A stretch of DNA of 64,000 nt from an uncultured Pseudomonadales bacterium (GTDB lineage Bacteria > Patescibacteriota > Microgenomatia > UBA1400 > Chazhemtobacteraceae): NCBI GenBank assembly GCA_964618725.1, contig CAZUBK010000005.1:11569-75568 (forward strand). The letters run 5' to 3'. Within the stretch, counting starts at the first letter, position 1. Each line of letters begins with the position of its first letter. Below the pieces are notes generated by a model, which saw nothing but the letters and a program-made list of their open reading frames with translations, did no database searches and had not been told where the DNA came from. This document shows, piece by piece, positions 59,891 through 64,000 of this stretch. Both the position numbers and the translations under genes were made by a program.

Positions 59891-61004
59891 ATTCCACGAT
59901 ATCCCCTTCCTTCATCACATATTCTTTCCCTTCCAACCTCATCTTTCCCTTTTCAGCACAACCCTTCCACCCGTTAAGCTCCACAAAATCGTCATAATCA
60001 CAGACTTTTGCCTTGATAAACTTCTTTTCAAAATCAGTATGGATTACCCCCGCGGCATTAGGCGCCTTGGCGCCCTTTTTCACCGTCCAAGCCCGCACCT
60101 CTTTCTCCCCCGCCGTCAAAAAACTCATCAACCCAAGTTTGCCGTATGCCAATCTGATCAATCGATCCAACCCCGATTCTGATATTTCATATTCAGAAAG
60201 TAACTCTCTAGCCGCCTCTTTTCCGAGCCCAGCCAACTCACTCTCCAGTTTTGCGTTCAGGGCCACTATTGGCATCCCCAAACTTTTTCCTAGCTCTTCT
60301 TCAATCTTATTCCCCTCTAGCATCTGTCCCTCACTTATATTCACCACTCCTACTTCGTCCTTCATTGTCAGCAAAAACAGACTCTCTACATACTCCAACT
60401 CTTTTCCAGCCATTGCCAGGCTTTTCGCCAACTTGCCCTCATTCAGGTGATCCAATAATCTTCTCCAAAAAGCTATCCACTCTCCACCCATCTTTTTCAC
60501 CACCCCCTCCTGTTTTTGCACCGTCTCTAAGTCTTTTAGAATTAACTCAGCAACAACCACATTGTAATCACTTGTCGGTTCAGTTGCTCCTTCCCTTAGA
60601 ATTTCACCATCCTCAAAGTATCTCAATACATGACAAATCAAGTCAACTTCTCTAATTGATGCCAAGAATTTATTTCCCAGTCCCTCACCACTCGCCGCTC
60701 CCTTAACCAATCCGGCAATATCAATGAATTCTACCGTCGCTGGCACAACGGGGGGTTTTTCCCATGTCTTTCCAAACGTAGTGCCTGTCATTCCGAGCGA
60801 AGTCGAGAAATCCCTTTTAGTAATCACGTCAACCAAAATTTCCAATCGCTCATCAGGTACGGGAACAATCCCAATATTCGGCTCAATTGTGGCAAAGGGG
60901 TAATTAGCCGCCAATGCCTGCTGTTTACCCAGTAACGCATTAAAAAGCGTACTCTTCCCTACATTAGGCAGTCCTACTATTCCAATCTTTAGTCCCATTT
61001 TCAT
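59874..61004 (-). CDS. ychF: Obg-like ATPase YchF
   Basis: GIVGLPNVGKSTLFNAL, ANYPFATIEPN, DIAGLVKGA..GEGLGNKFL, AGVIHTDF, TGS domain. Confidence 0.97.
   Translation of the reverse strand: MKMGLKIGIVGLPNVGKSTLFNALLGKQQALAANYPFATIEPNIGIVPVPDERLEILVDVITKRDFSTSLGMTGTTFGKTWEKPPVVPATVEFIDIAGLVKGAASGEGLGNKFLASIREVDLICHVLRYFEDGEILREGATEPTSDYNVVVAELILKDLETVQKQEGVVKKMGGEWIAFWRRLLDHLNEGKLAKSLAMAGKELEYVESLFLLTMKDEVGVVNISEGQMLEGNKIEEELGKSLGMPIVALNAKLESELAGLGKEAARELLSEYEISESGLDRLIRLAYGKLGLMSFLTAGEKEVRAWTVKKGAKAPNAAGVIHTDFEKKFIKAKVCDYDDFVELNGWKGCAEKGKMRLEGKEYVMKEGDIVEFMIGT
60786..60814. repeat. REP-like element inserted in frame in ychF
   Basis: TGTCATTCCGAGCGAAGTCGAGAAATCCC, read as RDFSTSLGMT in an insertion relative to typical YchF. 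Confidence 0.65.
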
Positions 61005-61040
61005 AGAAACCCATTGACAATCATGTTATTATACTCCCAA

Positions 61041-61116
61041 ATCTAACCGAAGACTGGCCGTATCGGTAAGCTGATCGAAAGATCTAGGTTCTTCCACCCC
61101 TTTGCGGGTGGTTTTT
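61041..61116 (+). ncRNA. Candidate small RNA 1
   Basis: TATACT at 61030-61035, hairpins ACCGA..TCGGT and GATC-gaaa-GATC, terminator CCACCC-ctttgc-GGGTGG-TTTTT. Confidence 0.5.
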
Positions 61117-61163
61117 ATATTAAGTCTCAATGGGAAGAGTTGCGTTACATGCTATACTACAAA

Positions 61164-61263
61164 TGCTCGAATACATCCGTATGGTTGGTGATCCAAATAG
61201 GATCTAGAGACAGCCCACCTCTTAGCAATGTGGGATAGCCAGGTCATAGACAACCTGGTTTTT
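61164..61263 (+). ncRNA. Candidate small RNA 2, homologous to RNA 1
   Basis: TGC-TATACT at 61150-61158, hairpins GATCC-aaata-GGATC and CCCAC..GTGGG, terminator GCCAGGT..ACCTGGT-TTTT. Confidence 0.55.
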
Positions 61264-61433
61264 CTATATCTCCTTAATAATATTCCCTGCCTTGAATTTC
61301 TTAACCATTTCTAAAGCAAAACCATCCTTTTCATATACTTCCCTTAAAAATCCAGAAACTGATCTCGAACCGCTCTTCGCTCTTTGGCCAGGTTGCTGTA
61401 AAATAGTCCAAAGCACTTTACAAGGAGGCGATC

Positions 61434-61640
61434 ATGCACATTTTTCCGCTCAAACGACTCACAGCCATCCTCATCATTAGCACCATCAACCAAGCCCGTT
61501 TAGCCGGCCAAGAGTTACCTTTCACCTATCAAATCATCGGCATTCTAGATCAGGTCTTTGTAATCTGCCCAAATCAAGAATCTGTCATTACTTTCCTCCA
61601 AGTCTGGAAAATAATCCAACAAGCCAACCGCTTTTACTAA
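61434..61640 (+). CDS. Small hypothetical protein (68 aa)
   Basis: AAGGAGG RBS upstream; hairpin immediately after the stop. Confidence 0.6.
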   Translation: MHIFPLKRLTAILIISTINQARLAGQELPFTYQIIGILDQVFVICPNQESVITFLQVWKIIQQANRFY

Positions 61641-61668
61641 GTGAAGGGACCAATATCGGTCCCTTCAC
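61641..61668. terminator. Hairpin between convergent genes
   Basis: GTGAAGGGACC-aatatc-GGTCCCTTCAC. Confidence 0.75.
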
Positions 61669-61701
61669 CCATTCTGTTTCAAGTCAACAAGAAAACTCTG
61701 T

Positions 61702-61893
61702 TCACTTCCCTTCCGGAATCACTAACCAGCAGATTAGATAGGGCACTAGACCGGGAATTCCACCAGGAATCAGAAGAAATACCCAAATAAGGCGCATTAC
61801 CGTCACATCTACCCCCATATAATCAGCCAATCCCCTACATACCCCAGCTATCTTCCTTCCTTTAACTGGTCTTACAAGTTTCCTGATTGCCAT
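61702..61893 (-). CDS. pspC: PspC domain protein
   Basis: KLVR...RKIAGVCRGLADYMGVD.TVMRL...YLICWLVIP. Confidence 0.92.
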   Translation of the reverse strand: MAIRKLVRPVKGRKIAGVCRGLADYMGVDVTVMRLIWVFLLIPGGIPGLVPYLICWLVIPEGK

Positions 61894-61924
61894 ACCACCA
61901 ATATATCATTTTCTCTCTTTGCAA

Positions 61925-62371
61925 CTATCTCTTAGCTAATCCGTTCTCGATCAATATCTCTATCTGGTCCCCAATTATATTCTCCGGCAACTCTCCAAAT
62001 ATACCCACCCTTTCTCCCTCCCCATTCACCCCTGGCAATTCTTCGCTTGTCTCACACAGAAACAACATCCCGACAGGCCAACCCAGTCCTCCATCCTTGG
62101 CAATATTGGGATAATGAATATATCCCAGCAGTTTTTTCACCACTACTTTCACTCCCAACTCCTCTTCACCTATTCTCACCGCCGTCTCTTCCAGTCTCTC
62201 TCCCAAGTAGACCGTCCCGCCCGGAATATGCCACATATTCTTCCAACCGTCACTCTTTCGTAGCACCAACACAATCCCTCTTTCTGTCATCACCGCTATC
62301 TCTACATTCAACCTCGGCACCCTACTGTAAATCCCCTCAAACTCCTCCTTTGTCAGCGGTTTCTTTCGCAT
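61925..62371 (-). CDS. NUDIX hydrolase
   Basis: WHIPGGTVYLGERLEETAVRIGEEELG Nudix box. Confidence 0.9.
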   Translation of the reverse strand: MRKKPLTKEEFEGIYSRVPRLNVEIAVMTERGIVLVLRKSDGWKNMWHIPGGTVYLGERLEETAVRIGEEELGVKVVVKKLLGYIHYPNIAKDGGLGWPVGMLFLCETSEELPGVNGEGERVGIFGELPENIIGDQIEILIENGLAKR

Positions 62372-62395
62372 AAGCCTCTATGATATATCATCCCC

Positions 62396-63076
62396 TTATC
62401 TCACCACCAACTTAATTCTCGCTCCATCCACCTTCACCGTTCCCCCACCACTACTCTTAACTTGAATGAAATACTGATTCTGTCCTCGCCAAATCGAGAC
62501 GTTCCCAGAATAAAAACTCGTTCTCACCGTATTAGTCATCGTTCTCTCACTCCCATCAACCGCCCGTCCATTAGTCGCGTCAAAAAGTCTTACATATGCC
62601 GTCCCCGACCCTCCCGGCATCTCAAGCCACCCCTCCCAAGAAGCAGACACCAGCTCTCCATAAAGTGACGTGTCTAACCACTTACTACTTGCCATACTGA
62701 CCCAATCTAACGTACTGTCCATTGTCCCCGCCGGTAAACTAACATACTCTGTTCTCGATATAGGAGTCGGTGTTGGCGCTTTAACCACTGTCTTAATCGG
62801 AGTTACCGTCGGAGTCGGAGTTGGTGTCACCGTTTTCTCGATTACTTGAGCAGGAGAGACTTCCTGAGTTTTTAATCTCGTCTCCACAATCCGTCCCACA
62901 CATTCCCTGTCACACCCCACTTCTCCCTCGATCACTTCCCGCGTATTTGTATTCGTCTCTGTCTGTCGCTTACTCACCAGATACCAATTAATGATCCCTA
63001 CATTTAGCAGCAACACTCCCAGCAGAATAAAGCCATATCTAACAAACCAAGTCCTCATACTCGCCAAGACTATCAT
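62396..63076 (-). CDS. Membrane-anchored protein with Pro-Thr linker
   Basis: TM, TPTPTPTVTP linker, beta-sandwich C-terminus; start 63076 is 6 nt after TATAGT, whereas the ORF-track start overlaps the opposite gene. Confidence 0.75.
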   Translation of the reverse strand: MIVLASMRTWFVRYGFILLGVLLLNVGIINWYLVSKRQTETNTNTREVIEGEVGCDRECVGRIVETRLKTQEVSPAQVIEKTVTPTPTPTVTPIKTVVKAPTPTPISRTEYVSLPAGTMDSTLDWVSMASSKWLDTSLYGELVSASWEGWLEMPGGSGTAYVRLFDATNGRAVDGSERTMTNTVRTSFYSGNVSIWRGQNQYFIQVKSSGGGTVKVDGARIKLVVR

Positions 63077-63139
63077 TCCTTTACTATATCGTTTTTTATC
63101 ATTCCATGTTACAATATATAGGACAAACAGGAGGTTCCT

Positions 63140-63526
63140 ATGACTCTTACTTCCGCCTTCACTTCGTACCTTGACCAACTCAAAAGCGATTTCAAAAAGT
63201 ACCGTCTTATTATTGTTCTTCCTCTCGTCTATTTTCTCTCTTTCTTCACCGGTTTCATCGCCGTCTGGCCTACCACCACCAATATTCCCCATTTGGCCCT
63301 TGTCGCCGCCGTTATTCTCTTAATTACCTTTCAGTGGCCGCTTTTTCTTAATTTCACAGTCTTCCCTTCAACTACATTCACAAGATCTACCACCCAATCC
63401 TGGCAACAAACTAAGAAACACTCTCCCAGAGTCCTCTCCGTTCTTACCATCCAATTACTCAATGCCTCCATCTCCGGACTCGGCTTCATTCTCGGTCTGA
63501 AACTCACCAGTTTACTCTTCCACTAG
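63140..63526 (+). CDS. Hypothetical membrane protein
   Basis: GGAGG RBS, three hydrophobic segments. Confidence 0.6.
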   Translation: MTLTSAFTSYLDQLKSDFKKYRLIIVLPLVYFLSFFTGFIAVWPTTTNIPHLALVAAVILLITFQWPLFLNFTVFPSTTFTRSTTQSWQQTKKHSPRVLSVLTIQLLNASISGLGFILGLKLTSLLFH

Positions 63527-63546
63527 CTCCCTCAGAACCGCCTCAT

Positions 63547-64000
63547 TTAGGCGGTTCTTTTTCTAATCTTCACCCCTTCTTCTGTATCCTCCACAGTATA
63601 CCCTCTCTTTTCAATCTCCTCTCGTACTTCATCAGCCTTCTGCCACTTCTTCTCTTTACGAAGCTCTTCCCGTCTCCCCACTAACTCCCGTATTTCTTTA
63701 GGTATCTCCTTTTTGACCACATCTTTAAGTCCAAGACTCAAAACCTCATCAAACTTAAGTAAGCTCGCCTTCTTGGCCGACTCAGGATATTCTGACTTGA
63801 TTAGTTCCCACATCACGGCCAATGCCTGAGGCATATTTAGATCGTCACTAATTGCCTCTTTGAATCGCCCCTCAAACTCGGCACATCCAATTTCTCCTTT
63901 TCCCCAATCACCCACCATTCGAATCAATTTGCGTCTTGCTTCTTTGGCCGCTGACAAAGCTTCCCAAGTAAAGTTAAGTTGCTTTCTGTAATGTCCTGTT
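63547..64000 (-). CDS. cysS: Cysteine--tRNA ligase, 3' part (continues beyond the window)
   Basis: HYRKQLNFTWEAL, F..AISDDLNMP.AL, R...RKEKKWQKADEVR..I...GY.VED. Confidence 0.92.
   Translation of the reverse strand, partial: TGHYRKQLNFTWEALSAAKEARRKLIRMVGDWGKGEIGCAEFEGRFKEAISDDLNMPQALAVMWELIKSEYPESAKKASLLKFDEVLSLGLKDVVKKEIPKEIRELVGRREELRKEKKWQKADEVREEIEKRGYTVEDTEEGVKIRKRTA

Noticed and set aside
61070-61090. Hammerhead ribozyme (CTGATCGAAA)
   Set aside because: Core is not CUGANGA followed by stem II and GAAA; no stems I/III or cleavage triplet

Overview
A 64 kb chromosomal segment from a small-genome bacterium, most likely Patescibacteria (CPR) of the Microgenomates group. This is inferred from the gene order, shortened core proteins and a complete type IV pilus locus; TGA is used as a stop, so genetic code 11. 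Most of the window is housekeeping: rpmI-rplT-pheST, class A PBP, tyrS, recG, rpmF-nusB-rnc-rpsP-khpA, a 12 kb type IV pilus locus, holB-gyrB-ppaC-gyrA, a Xer-type recombinase, yebC, tgt, a RluA-family gene, lspA/dksA/lgt, tRNA-Leu-efp, dnaB, hisS, rpmE-prfA, htrA, ctpA, rpsF-ssb-rpsR, ychF and the 3' end of cysS. The most notable feature is an AT-rich 2.2 kb cassette directly downstream of rpsR. It encodes an unannotated 48-aa lasso-type precursor (predicted core AKNGGSDQNPNSRQS), a stand-alone RRE/PqqD-like protein and an AsnB-like lasso cyclase with an altered ATP motif, but no lasso leader peptidase or exporter. A duplicated ~145 bp promoter-leader-terminator-RBS module brackets the cassette. 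Also seen: two tandem homologous candidate small RNAs next to ychF, REP-like elements inserted in frame in several genes, widespread leaderless promoter architecture, several small genes missing from the ORF track, and a C-rich + strand throughout. No CRISPR array, rRNA or transposase was seen. All calls come from reading the sequence and motifs; no database searches were run.
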